Below, piece after piece: positions 26,872-39,315 of a stretch of DNA of 64,000 nt. The stretch's first letter is position 1, and every line of letters begins with the position of its first letter. A program made the translations under genes and the position numbers. The stretch spans positions 63,426,001 to 63,490,000 of the forward strand of contig NC_043008.1 of NCBI RefSeq assembly GCF_006345805.1. The letters are read 5' to 3'. The notes beneath the pieces were generated by a model. The model worked only from the letters and a program-made list of their open reading frames with translations, made no database searches and was not told the origin of the DNA. Source of the stretch: Octopus sinensis (Eukaryota).

Positions 26872-26934
<63 letters not shown>

Positions 26935-26953
26935 GTATATATATGTATATGTA

Positions 26954-26989
<36 letters not shown>

Positions 26990-27040
26990 TGTATGTATGT
27001 ATGTATGTATATATGTCTACACACACACACATACACATAT
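26700..27040. repeat. (TG)n/(TA)n/(TATG)n compound microsatellite
   Basis: Directly visible. Confidence 0.92.
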
Positions 27041-27338
27041 GTATTTATAGCTTGCTAGTTGGTGAGATAGATAAGTTAATGCAGTAGTGACCATTTAGCG
27101 ATATTGCTCTTTGACTTCTCATTAATCATCATAATATTTACTAAAAGGGTGGTAGATGGAACAATTGGAATAACCAGATGAAGGACAATAAACAAAAGGC
27201 CTTAATGCATGGACATATTCAATTATGTCCTTTTACACTCAGAATTCTCAACTGAAATACCATAATTGGTTTTTACCTCTCATCCTCCTGGATTATTATG
27301 ATGTAGTAATAATTTGCAAACTTATTCAGTATATTAAT

Positions 27339-27748
27339 TATTCTGTTGTATCTGGGGAGAGTCATTTTCTTTTTGTGCCTTATTATGTAACACACTCACC
27401 AGTAAAATTTCCACTTATTCCTTATTTTTATAAAAATAAAAATAAAAATAAAAATAAAAATAAAAATTAAGGAATAAATGGAAATGTAACACACTCACCA
27501 GTAAAATTTCCACTTATTCCTTATTTTTATAAAAATAAAAATAAAAATAAATATAAAAATAAAAATAAGGAATAAATGGAAATGTAACACACTCACCAGT
27601 AAAATTTCTACTTATTCCTTATTTTTATAAAAATAAAAATAAAATAAATATAAAAACAAAAATAAGGAATAAGTGGAAATTTTACTGGTGTGTGTGTTAC
27701 ATTATAAGGCCCAAAAAGAAAATGACTCTCCCCAGACACAACAGAATA
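27339..27748. mobile_element. Palindromic MITE with about 90-bp TIRs, TA ends and an internal 98-99-bp triplication
   Basis: Arms 27339-27428 and 27659-27748 are near-perfect reverse complements; internal units start at 27385, 27484 and 27582. Confidence 0.8.
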
Positions 27749-28407
27749 TGCTTCAACACACAACCTCATATAAAGAATCTTGCAAACCAAATCCAAAAAT
27801 GAAATATATTTAATTAGTTTTTTTATTAACATTGTAGGTATTTTCAGATTTGTATTGTGTATTTGTAAGCTATTGGACCTGTAAATTTTCTTACATTTTT
27901 ACTGGGTGAGATGACAAAGCTTTGGAGACTGGTGAGAGGGAAGAAGATATTCTTAAATCAAAATCTCGGTCTTAAAACTTGCTACAGGGTGGATGCTGTT
28001 AAGGGTACCCAAGATGCCAGATGATAATGTGAAATTTTAAACTTGAGTAATGAATCACATCTGTTACCCAGACAGACCATCTTAAGATTTGAATTCAGAA
28101 CACTAAAACCTGAACAAATATCATAAGGCAGTCTAGTCCAATGTTCTTAAGTTCTACCAGACAGCCACCTTAGTTAGGCTCATTTTTGTCAACTCTGAAG
28201 TTCTTACAGTTCCAACAATCAGATTGGTAGCTTATTGTCAAACTCAAAGAATGAAAAGCAAAGAAAGGTTGAAGGTGGCCTTGATAAGATCTGAACCAAG
28301 AATGACATGAGCTGGAACATATAATCACAAGGAATCTAGTCTAACATTCTTACAGTTGCTCTCGATTTATGCTTTTCAGCATCATTGAAAGGATGAAATG
28401 TAAACTT

Positions 28408-28573
28408 TTCAAAATTTCCCCAAGACACCTGAAGAAGGCTGAAGGGTATATCAGCCGAAACGTATTAACAACAAACTACATGAGGACAAATATCTGTTGA
28501 ATGTAAATAATGTAACTAATGTAAATAATATAAATAATGTACATAATTCCTCATTTCTTAAATATAGAACTGT
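28408..28573 (+). mobile_element. 5'-truncated family H1 element
   Basis: AAATTTCCCCAAGACACCTGAAGAAGGCTG...AAATATAGAACTGT is colinear with 62277-62422. Confidence 0.85.
28424..28464 (+). ncRNA. Minimal hammerhead ribozyme motif, core intact, stem I 3' strand deleted
   Basis: CUGAAGA, extra A, stem II GGCUGA/UCAGCC, GAA-ACGU-A. Confidence 0.7.
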
Positions 28574-29204
28574 AAGATTTAATTTCATTTTGTCTGGTTA
28601 CATTTGGTGCCCACACAATTTAAATTTTCTTTCCAATTAGAATTACTGTATCATAACAAGAAACAGAAATAAGAATGATGATGATGATGATATCATTGTT
28701 TGTTTACATTCTAATCAAATTATGTGTGAGAAATTAAACTGACTGAAATAATCATAGTTTCTTATTACAGAGAATAAGCCAATTAATAATTGTCATGAAA
28801 TAACAGAACAATTTTTAACTTAATATATTTGTCAGACCCTGTTACAATGTCAGAGTTTATAACTCAATGACTACATGAAAGAAACTGCACTTATTGGGTA
28901 TGTCAGACTATAGAACTGCTCCAAAGTTGTATAAAATGGAGTCATAGTCATCTCACAAGTTATACATTTGAAGAGCAGAGGGTCAATTTTCAAGCAAATC
29001 TTCTGTGGAACTATGAAACTCTCCCAAGACAAGCAATATATTATTGTTGTTGTTGTTGTTATTGTTGTAATTAAACACATCTATGATCAGGGACATTCCA
29101 TGCCTGAATCATGTTTTTTAAATATATTTCAAGAACTACGTTGTCCCTTTACTTTCTTAAGACTGTAAAATGCATGACTAGAGAGAAAGTTGGCTGCTAC
29201 AGTT

Positions 29205-29315
29205 CTATGTTTAAGTTACGTGGACGTAACCACACCAGCATCAGTAGTCAAATGATATTTGGGGGATAAACACAGGCACACAAACATATACACACACATG
29301 CATGCATACATACAC

Positions 29316-29359
<44 letters not shown>

Positions 29360-29492
29360 TGCCAAATCCACTCACAAGGGTTTGGTCGGCCCAAGACTAT
29401 AGTACAAAACAATTACCCAAGGTGCCACGGAGTGGGGCTGAACCCAGAACCATGTGGTTCATAAGCAAGCTACTTACCACACAGCCACTCCT
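29205..29492 (-). mobile_element. Family C SINE, 3'-truncated
   Basis: Head and internal (CA)n(TA)n match the other family C copies. Confidence 0.78.
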
Positions 29493-30044
29493 TTTAATGG
29501 ATAGTTTTAATGTAAGTAACTTCAAAATAGTAAATTTGTATTATAGAACAAAGGGCAGTCTCAGACAGCAGATAATGAACCATTCAGTATATTAAATTAT
29601 GCTATAAGCAATTATTTCTTTCTTACAACAATCAGTGCAAAGTCTTCTGCATTTCCTTAAAACTTTTCTCATGAGGAATCTAGCAAATACGACGTAGTCA
29701 AGATTATATTGATGAAGTCTTGAGCTATAAAACATGCCCAGAGTTCTCTCTTATACCTATTGAGATGTAAATGTTTCTGATGTATGCCCAAAATTAGCAG
29801 TTTTGAGTGTAAGTAATTATAGTTGATACCAGTGACTACAACATTTGACTGGTGCCTTGTTTTATCTGCCCTGGAGAGACAGCAAACAAAGTTGTTACTA
29901 GTAGGAATTGAACTCAAAATGTCGTGTGTTTCAAGAAATATTGCAAGGCATTTTTTCTGATTCTCTAATGAGTCAACCTGTTTGCTGCCTTGTACCTTTT
30001 GAGAAATAATTCAAACAATATAAATCAAAGATCTATATAGTATA

Positions 30045-30465
30045 TTCCTCCTCTTCTTCTTCTACTTTTCCTCCTTTGCTCCTCCTCTTCTTCTCTCTCC
30101 TTCTCTTCATTTTCTTCCCTCTCCTCCTCCTCTCCTTTCTTCCTTCCCTCCTCCTTCTTCTCCTCTCCTTCATCCCCTCTTCTTTCTCCTCAACCAACTC
30201 CATCTCCTCTGCTTCCCCTTCGCTTCTTCTTCTTCTCCCCACCTTCTCTTCTCTTCTTCTTCTCCTCCTCTTCCCCACCTCCCCTTCTTATCTCCCCTCC
30301 CCTCTTCTTTTTTCTTTCCTTACCCTTCCTTCCCTTCCCCTCCTTTCATTCTTCTCCCTCTTCTTCTTCCCCTTCTTCCTCTCTTCCTCTCTCCTTCCCC
30401 TCCCTCTTCCTTCTCCTTCCTCTTCCCCTCCTCTTTTTTCTTCTTCCTCCCCCTACACTTCCTCT
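30045..30465. repeat. About 420-bp polypyrimidine/polypurine low-complexity tract
   Basis: Nearly all C/T on the + strand (CTT/CCT motifs). Confidence 0.92.
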
Positions 30466-31269
30466 TAAAAACAACCACCACCACCACCATCCTTAATAAC
30501 CACTTTTCCATGCTCATATAGGTCAGATGGTGCTTATTGATATAGGTTTTCCTTTCATCAATCCTCACCCGTTTTCAAGCAAAGTAATTATTCCCTATGG
30601 CCAAACATGTTCTCACAAAATATTTAAATGAATGACACTGCTTGTATGACAGTGGCACCCCTGTAACAAATGTGTCTTTTTTTGTGTTGGAACATACTTT
30701 GTTTGTTACATAATTAGGAAAGGCGTTCATGCCTTAATGCAACACATTTAAGAGAAACAATCAGATGAAGCAAAGTAATATGGCATGCACAAAGTCTTCA
30801 TTAGAAACTCAACATTTGGGCTAATTTTTATGTATCAAATACATATTCAAGTGCTGTGGTGTGTCTTCTTCTTTGATCATTCTAGGTTGAGCATGCAGCT
30901 GTAGAAACAACTGTTAGGAGTGTGTGTGCCAACTCGACTTCAGACACTCTGAATATGACGAGAGTGGAAAACGTCATGGCGACTCTGACATTTGCGACAC
31001 TGCAAAATTGGAGTTAAATTTAACTGTATTTATAGGCTGTGTTAATGAAAAGTCTAGAGAAGCCGCTGAACAAATATGTGAAAAACTGCCATTCATTAGA
31101 TAACAATCGGGTTTGCATACATGAGCAAATTGCGATTTCTATGTGACAAAATATGGGATTGAATCTAATGCTACAACTCTTTACAACTATCACACAAGAT
31201 CAAAACAAGGAGACACACATACACATGCACATGAAAGTATGTATGTATTTATGTATGTGTGTATATATA

Positions 31270-31686
31270 ATGTGCTTTTCAGTTTCCATATACCAAATTT
31301 GCTCACATCAGTAGCTGTGGCTATAATAAAATAAATGTGCCCTTTTAAAGCCTAGCCAGGCTCATGGGCCTGGTTTCCCAGTTTCAATGGTGTATGTGTT
31401 CCCCAGCTGGACGGGATGCCAGTCCATCACAGTGTCACTCATTTTTGCCAGCTGAGTGGACTGGAGCAATGTGAAATGAAGTGTTTTGCTCAAGAACACA
31501 ACACGTCACCTGGTTCAGGAATCGAAACCACAATCTTACAATCATGATGCTGACACCCTAACCACTAAGCCCTGCGCCTCCACACCTATAGCAGAAGATT
31601 TTTGCTGATGTTAACATGCAATGGGACTGAACCCAGAACCATGTTGTTGAGAAGCAAATTTCTTACTACACAATCATGCCTGTACC
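31270..31686 (-). mobile_element. Old family C SINE interrupted by a nested family D2 SINE (31341-31583, - strand)
   Basis: Family C blocks lie on both sides. The insert has a tRNA head, the CORE-like block and a tail resembling family A2. Confidence 0.7.
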
Positions 31687-32397
31687 TATAATTATTTCTT
31701 CACCAACTAATTATTTCCAGTTAACTTTCTAATGCTCTTAAGCATTAAATATATTAACAATAATTTAACAATTGCTGTTATTTTTTTTTTACACCTTTTT
31801 TCTTTTTTGTTATCAAAACCATTCCAATTTCCATCTTTAATAAACAGAATCTGTAAAACACAAAACAAAATGTTCAAAATATTCAGAAATAAACCACCCA
31901 TACTAGCGTGAGAAACAAAATCTAATCTAACTTTAATTTTAGTGAATAGTTTAGTTTGGATAACAGAAATTGATTAATTTTAGAACTATAATGAGAGTAA
32001 CCAAAATCAGTGTTTCCTTCTGATACGAAAATATATAATATTTACATGAAGAATGCTTTCAGCCAAGAAATGGCATGTCTATAATATAGTGTTAATGAAT
32101 ATTTTCCTATAAAATATTTTTTTTTAGATCCCACAGAATTACTTGAATTATTGAGAAACTTCTTGTACCTTTCTTCATTTACTGTTGCTTTAAATAATCC
32201 AAAAATGTAATATTTAATAAATATTTAATATCGTATTATTCTGAATTCAATTAGTGAAAACTTCAACAAATGTTTTCACTGCACTCATGTTGCATGCACC
32301 ATCTTCCACATACACACACTCTATCTTTATTTTACTCCTTTACTCCTCTCTCATTCTCCTTTATATACATAGATGTAAATAAATCCTTACATACAAT

Positions 32398-32768
32398 AGG
32401 CACAGGAGTGGCTGTGTAGTAAGTAGCTTGCTTACCAACCACATGGTTCCGGGTTCAGTCCCACTGCATGGCATTTTGGGCAAGTGTCTTCTACTATAGC
32501 CTCAAGCCAACCAAAGCCTTGTGAGTGGATTTGGTTGATGGAAATTGAAAGAAGCCCATCGTATATATATGTGTGTGTCTGTGTTTGTCCCCCCAACATC
32601 ACTTAACAACTGACGCTGGTGTATTTACGTTCCCATCACTTAGCAGTTTGGCAAGAGAGACCGATAGAATAAGTACTAGGCTTACAAAGTATAAGTCCTC
32701 AATTCGCTCAACTAAAGGTGGTGCCCCAGCATGGCTGCAGTCAAATGACTGAAACAAATAAAAGAATA
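32398..32768 (+). mobile_element. Family C SINE, full length
   Basis: AGGCACAGGAGTGGCTGTGTAGTAAG...CAGTCAAATGACTGAAACAAATAAAAGA. Confidence 0.88.
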
Positions 32769-32848
32769 CCCACACACACACACATATATACTCTAAAACA
32801 AACAAATATGTGTGTGTGTGTGTATATATATATACATATATATATATA

Positions 32849-33075
32849 TTTGTTTTTGTTTTTGTTTTTCCAGTTTCAGCTCTTGAGCTGTGGCCATGCT
32901 GGGGCACCGCCATTGTGGTGAAAGAGTACAGCAGGGATCACCACCCCCTGCCGGAGCCTCGTAGAGCTTTTAGGTGTTTTCGCTCAATAAACACACACAA
33001 CGCCCGGTCTGAGAATCGAAACCGCGATCCTGCGACCGCGAGTCCGCTGCCCTAACCACTAGGCCATTGCGCCTC
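32849..33075 (-). mobile_element. Chimeric SINE: A1 head and body joined to a family C-type 3' tail
   Basis: 33075-32915 matches 887-727; 32912-32849 matches the family C tail (GGCGGTGCCCCAGCATGGCC) and ends in (AAAAAC)n. Confidence 0.75.
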
Positions 33076-33139
33076 TACATGTATATATATATATATATAC
33101 ATATACATATACACACACAGACATATACATGCCTGTATT

Positions 33140-34528
33140 GTAAGCTTCAAGTGACAAATCCTTGTGTTTCATCATTAACTCACGGTCGGTAGATTTAGCA
33201 GCGAGTTCCTCTTCTACTATCAATGTTAATTCGAAAACATTGGAGGTTTCCACGAATGGGTTTCTGATCCAGTCATATTGTTCAGTTTTCAGTGATGGGA
33301 AATACAAACTCAATTTTTCTTCTAAAACTTGCTAAATGCTCAACTATCAACAGGAGTGTTTCATTTATGCCTGTTTCACTTTGACTTAACAAAGGAAACA
33401 TTTTCAAATTCCCTTCGACAGCTTTTCGTTTCCAAATCTTAAGTTTTCTTTGGAAAGCTTTCATTTTGTCAGTGGACATTAGAATGTTTTTTTCTTCCCC
33501 TTGCATGCTAGTATTTAAAATACTAAGCTGCTGAAATATAACAGCCAAATACTGTAACCTGGCAATCCAAAATTCAGAACATAGAAGGTCACAAAATTTA
33601 GACTGTTTCATTTCTTCAATGAAAGCAAGAAGTTTAGGTCAAAACTCATGTACATGGGTAAGTACTTTTCCTCTTGACAGCCACCTTACTTTGGTATGTA
33701 AAAGCAGCCGTTTGAGTTGAGAATCCATATCGGTATAAAACTGTTAAAAAATGCGAGATTTGAAAGGTGTTGTTTTAATAAAGTTTACCATCTGAACAAC
33801 TTGATCTAAAACTTCTTTTAGTTCCTCTCCTAATGTTTTTGCCATCAAGGCCTCTCTATGAAGAAAGCAGTAATGATAAAATTCTCATTTTATGTTTTTT
33901 ACAAAAGCTGTGAGACCCTTGACACAGCTTACCATGAAAGGGGCTCCATCTGTACAAACACCCACACATGATTTCCATGATAGCTGCCATTTATCCAAGT
34001 ATGTATTCAGAATGTTGAAAACATCCTCTCCTTTTGTAGTGACACTTAATTCTTTGCAAAAAAGAAACTGATTTACTATTTGATCTTCATCAAAAAAATG
34101 AATGAATGCTAAGAGTTGTGCCTTGTTGTTGATGTCTGTTGACTTATCAATTTGCAATGCAAAAGGTGAATACTTAAATTCATTAGTACATACATTTTTC
34201 TCGATATCAGAAGACATTTCTAAAATGCGCCTGTGAACGGTATTGTTGGACAGTGGAATCTTACAGGCAAAATGAGTGACTCGACTATAGTATGAGCTTT
34301 CGTATTTTGTGCTATCAGTTCTGTGATTTGGTAGAAAGTGATTTGAGCTTTCTCAGAGACAGTCATTTTATTTATGAAAGAATTTTCTGCTTTAGTTTGC
34401 CATTCAGACAATCTCTTGAAATTATTTGTAGATTTATCTTGTAAATGAGGATGTTTAGTTTTTAAATGTTTGTTCAGTTTACTAGGAAGCAATGATTCAT
34501 TTGACATTTGGCAAAGGATGGTTTTCAT
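33140..34528 (-). pseudogene. Fragmented Charlie/Buster-type transposase
   Basis: ORFs 34220-34528, 33885-34217, 33282-33611 and part of 33059-33313, separated by stops and frameshifts. Confidence 0.88.
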
Positions 34529-35089
34529 TTCCAGTCCATGTGAAACCGAAGTTTAAATAACTTACATTGTAATTGCGAGTAGGCTGCGGTTTCAGTTTCT
34601 TATTTGAACAGCTTGCTTCACTTAAGTTTTGCTCACTTCCAGGTTCACATTAATCAATTTTTAATAAGAAACCTATACATTTTGTATGTGTGTACGTTTT
34701 TGGATGTGAAAATAACAACACTTCCACTCTGAATGCCTGTTTAACACAATAAAAACACTACATCTGCTACCACCGCCTGCAAGTGCCAAACTGCCGCATG
34801 CATGGCTGTTGCAGAGTCATTCAAATCTCATTCAAAATGTGTTTGCAATGCATTTCAAACTTGCTTGCAGGCCTGAAGCCAGCTGTTCATTGCAAAGTAG
34901 AGTGCTGTTGTTATAATTTTGTATTGGCGGAAATACCGGTATATCCATAAGGTAATTGTATAATATAAGAAATTAGCTATGTATTTACTTCTTCATATCT
35001 GAATGCACGTCTTTGGAAAATCTCAGGGTGCATCTAGACATTTTCTGGGGTGCACCAGTGTGCCCAGGCACACCTTTTGAGAACCACTG
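33140..35089 (-). mobile_element. Decayed hAT (Charlie/Buster; SCAND3/ZBED5-like transposase), 3'-truncated
   Basis: ORFs with MSNESLLPSKLNKHLKTKH, FALQIDKSTD...QFLFCKEL, VGVCTDGAPFM and DWIRNPF. TIR CAGTGGTTCTCAAAA at 35089 is next to GTCTATAG, a Charlie-type 8-bp target. Confidence 0.92.
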
Positions 35090-35141
35090 GTCTATAGCCA
35101 GATGCCCATCCTGTTGTCAATACATTTCTATTCCCCTGGGT

Positions 35142-35680
35142 GAAGCAGCATGGCCAAGTGGTTAGGGTATTTGGTTCATGATCATAAGGTTGTGAGTTTG
35201 ATTCCTGGTCGCACATTGTGTCCTTAAACAAGTCACTTTATTTCATGATGCTCCAGTCCACTCAGCTGGCAAAACTGAGTAGTACCTGTTTTTCGAAGAG
35301 CCAGCCATGTCATACACTGTGTCATGGTGAATATCCTTGTGAACTACTCTAAGGATTTGCAAATCTTATTTTGTTATTGCCAACAAGGGGCTAAACATAG
35401 AGGGGACACACAAGGACAGACAAATGGATTAAGTCGATTACATTGACTCTAGTGCGTAACTGGTACTTAATTTATCGACTCCAAAAGGATGAAAGGCAAA
35501 GTCGTCCTCGGCGAAATTTTAACTCAGAACATGAAATACCGCTAAGCATTTCACCCAGCATGCTAACATTTCTGCCAGCTCGAGTACTCGGATTTGCAAA
35601 TCTGTGGAGTACTCAGCCACATGCATGTTAATTTCATAAGCAGGCTGATCCGTTGATCAGACCAACTGGAACAGAGTGCC
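35142..35680 (+). mobile_element. Family D' SINE carrying a nested family B SINE (35367-35582, - strand)
   Basis: The D' sequence resumes after the insert; GGATTTGCAAATCT is duplicated at 35353-35366 and 35590-35603. Confidence 0.82.
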
Positions 35681-36691
35681 AGTATTCCACACATGCCAAA
35701 TTTGCCATCCTACATAAAAAAATTTTTAAGTGACCATTTTAACTGAAACAGTGACAATGCGAAAACAATGAAGCATTTATGTACATGTACATATAAAAAG
35801 CTTCAGTACAGTTTCATCTCCCATATTTCACTCATAAGGCATTGGTCATCCTGATTCTGTAACAGAAGACATTTGCCCGAGTTGTCACACTGTGGTATAA
35901 AACCTAAAATCACATGGTTGCGAATCGAACTATGCAAAACATCTTGTTTCTGAATATAGAAGGGCACAAACCAACGTCAGTAACATATCTTTCATAACTT
36001 CCTAAAAACATCCATGTGGTAGTCTCTTAGCAGCATCCAGACATCCATATTGTTGTGACCTTGCAACTGCAGTCAGATATATTTATGTTGTAGCTTCACA
36101 ATGTATAGAGAAATCTACACCTACACACCATGTATAACATTAGTTGTACAGTCACACATTACACAACAGCCAAAGATAGCTTATAATATTTGTAATCTAC
36201 TATCAAATTTAGCAATTTACAACTAAAATATACAACATATCTGATATAAAATCTATCGTTTTTAAATTGTTAACATTTCGTTTTAAGCATTCCCTTATAG
36301 GCTGTGAGGTTAAGAAGTTCACATTCCAAGCACATGGTTTGAGTACCAAACAATTCCAGACTTTAACTAAGACTTCTTTGCTGATGTTTTATTTCTTCTG
36401 TTGCTGATGTAAATAAGAGGATGTTATCTAAATATGGATGGAATTAGATGAAATGTTCCAATGAAATCTAAAAAAAAATTTAAGATGGAGTATTTGGAAG
36501 AGTATCCACAGCCTACACAATCTATTCTAACATGATAGAATTGGTAATAACAACGATAAGAAGCATTGTATAATTACATATAAGATTGTAATTTGTTTTA
36601 TATATATTCTCCTTTGCAGAGATGAGAAATTTTAAAATATTTTATTGGTGTATGAGTGGCAGCAAGGTTGTAAAGGAAAGCATCTTGTAAC

Positions 36692-36957
36692 CTATTTCTT
36701 TATTACCCACAAGGGGCTAAACATAGAGGGGACAAACAAGGACAGACATAGGTATTAAGTCGATTATATCGACCCCAGTGTGGAACTGGTAATTAATTTA
36801 TCAACCCCAGTGCGGAACTGGTACTTAATTTATCGACCCCGAAAGGATGAAAGGCAAAGTAAACCTCGGTGGAATTTGAACTCACAACGTAATGACAGAC
36901 GAAATACCGCTAAGCATTTCATCCGGCATGCTAACGTTTCTGCCAGCTCGCTGCCTT
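36692..36957 (-). mobile_element. Family B SINE with a small internal duplication
   Basis: The CGACCCCAGTG.GGAACTGGTA.TTAATTTAT block is duplicated; TTGTAACC on both flanks is a likely TSD. Confidence 0.85.
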
Positions 36958-37425
36958 GTAACCATCATGTTGTAACCATCTTGTAACCATCAGCCTTTAA
37001 ACCATAAGAAAGTCTTGCTGATATTTGTAGCCCCAAATATCATGATTATTTGTAGCATATGAATTAAGGATTTGTAGTTTCTCCTCAAGAACATAAGTTT
37101 AGCCGTATTTTGCTCCAGGCTGGTTGATATACGTCCTGTTGCTCCAATAATAATAGGTATGAAGCTGAAAGTTTATCTTCAGAAGTGGATTTGTAAACTT
37201 TTTATCAATGGTCCATAGATGTCCTCTTTCTCTTGTATTTTTCTAACCACATTGGTGTCCAGAGGGCAGCTGATTTCCACAACAGAACATATCTTTTCCT
37301 TGTGATCCTTACAAAGCTACATCTGGCCAGGTGTGTTTTAAGTTGGTGACTGTTTTAATTTTTAAGTTTTACCAATATTCTTTTGACCCACACGTATGTG
37401 TCTATGTATGTAAATATGTATGTAA

Positions 37426-37456
<31 letters not shown>

Positions 37457-39234
37457 TCTATGTATGTACGTAGATAGGTAGGTAGGCTGACAGGTGGAAG
37501 GGTATGTTTGTACGTATGTATATATGTAGGTAGGTATACAATGGGTTTCTTTCAGTTTCTGTCTCAAAATCCATTCACAAAGCTTTGGTTTGCTCAGGAA
37601 TGTAGCAGAATATAATTGGTAATCCTCCTCCTCCTCCTCATTCTTCACATCATCTTCAGCAGCAGTAGCAGCAGCAGCAGCAGTAGCATCATTGTCTTAA
37701 CTTCTACTTTTCCATGAATTCAGGGTTCTGATCCAAAACAAGTGACAGTCGTAGCCAAAGTATGTTGGAGTAGAGTTTTCTATGGCCAAAAGCCCTTCCC
37801 AATACCAACCTTGTTCTATTTCCAAGTGAAATGATTATCTACCAGTTTATTGAACACTAAACATTTTGGACACGTGGGAACCACTGATATTGCATGAATG
37901 AGGTTTTCATTTCCAAAACTGAGTAACACGCTAAAACATCTCGAGAAGCTCAGATATGCCTTTGCAGTTGATTGCAAGCAAACAACATAGTCAATGTGAT
38001 CATTGCTTACAACATGTTCGCAGCTGTGTGTTGAAAAGGAGCCATCATTTACCTTTAGGACAGGGATTCAATTAGGCAGGCAATCTTCTTGTTGCTTTTG
38101 GCCTGTTAGAATCGTTTGTTACAAATGTGATAACATAATAATTTGGTATGTCTTCATGTATTACTTCCACTATCATATCATTATTATTGTTGTTGTTGTT
38201 CAAGTTGTTGTGTTTGCTTCAGAGAAAGCATGGCCTGATCAAAGGTTTACAATTTTCATTGCAGTTATCTTAAATCATAGATTCAGGAGCTTGAGACAAA
38301 TGGCTCATTGCAACTGAATCATGTCACCCATCCTATTTCAGCAAATTGAAGCAGGATGTAATAGTTAGAGCGTTTTTCCCTAACAACTACATTTTATGGA
38401 TCCCTTTTGCTTTTTGATAGCCATATATGTCACCCTTTTTTTTTTATGGTTCACATATTTTACAGGAGAAAGCCAAGCAGGAAATAATTGTGTTAACGCC
38501 AGAGAATTAAGGATAAAACCCTTTGGTCTTTGCAGTGTTGAATGATGTGAAAAGTTAGATTATACTACAAGATGGCTATATTTAAATCTCCAGAAAGCAA
38601 TTATCTAATATTCAGGATAGCAAAGCCAGTGGGAAAGCTTCACCCGATTGTTTTATCATTTTGTTTGTTTGAAATGTAATTGACTCAATTTTCTTATTAC
38701 TCCACTGTTGCATTCGTTTTGACCATTCATTTGTCGATGGTAGAGAATCATTAAATTCTTATGGACATTCCATCTACACGAATGTTAGCAAAATTCAGTG
38801 CTGTCATATTGAGTGATATTGTTACTATGAGCAACACTTGAAATGCCAAATAAGGTGAATAATGAAGAGAAACAGTGAATAATAATAGCTTGAGAAATTA
38901 CTTTTCATATGACACACGTGAAAGGGTAATGCATAAACTCATTATATGCTATCAAAATGCAATTGTAGCACATTTTGGTAATTTGGTTTGGTCTGACCAA
39001 AACAAGTGACAGTCGTGGCCAAAGTTTAGTTGATTATAATAGTTGGCCTTTTGTAATATTTATGAAGTAAGGTTTATAAACTTGCACATATGTCACACAT
39101 TCACACAATCCTTTTAACTGGTTGGTTCTGTTACCTCCATTCAAGTACTACCAACTAAATAGTTCTATCCTACTCTTATCACATATTTTGGTTTGAAAAT
39201 CCAGGCTTTGCACAAATCACTATGTTCAGTCTGT

Positions 39235-39315
39235 CTTTCCTTCCTTCCTTCCTTCCTCCCTTCTTCTTTCCTTCCTTTCTTCCTTCCTTCTTTCCTTCCT
39301 TCCTTCCTTCCCTTC
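39235..39315. repeat. (CCTT)n microsatellite
   Basis: Directly visible. Confidence 0.9.
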
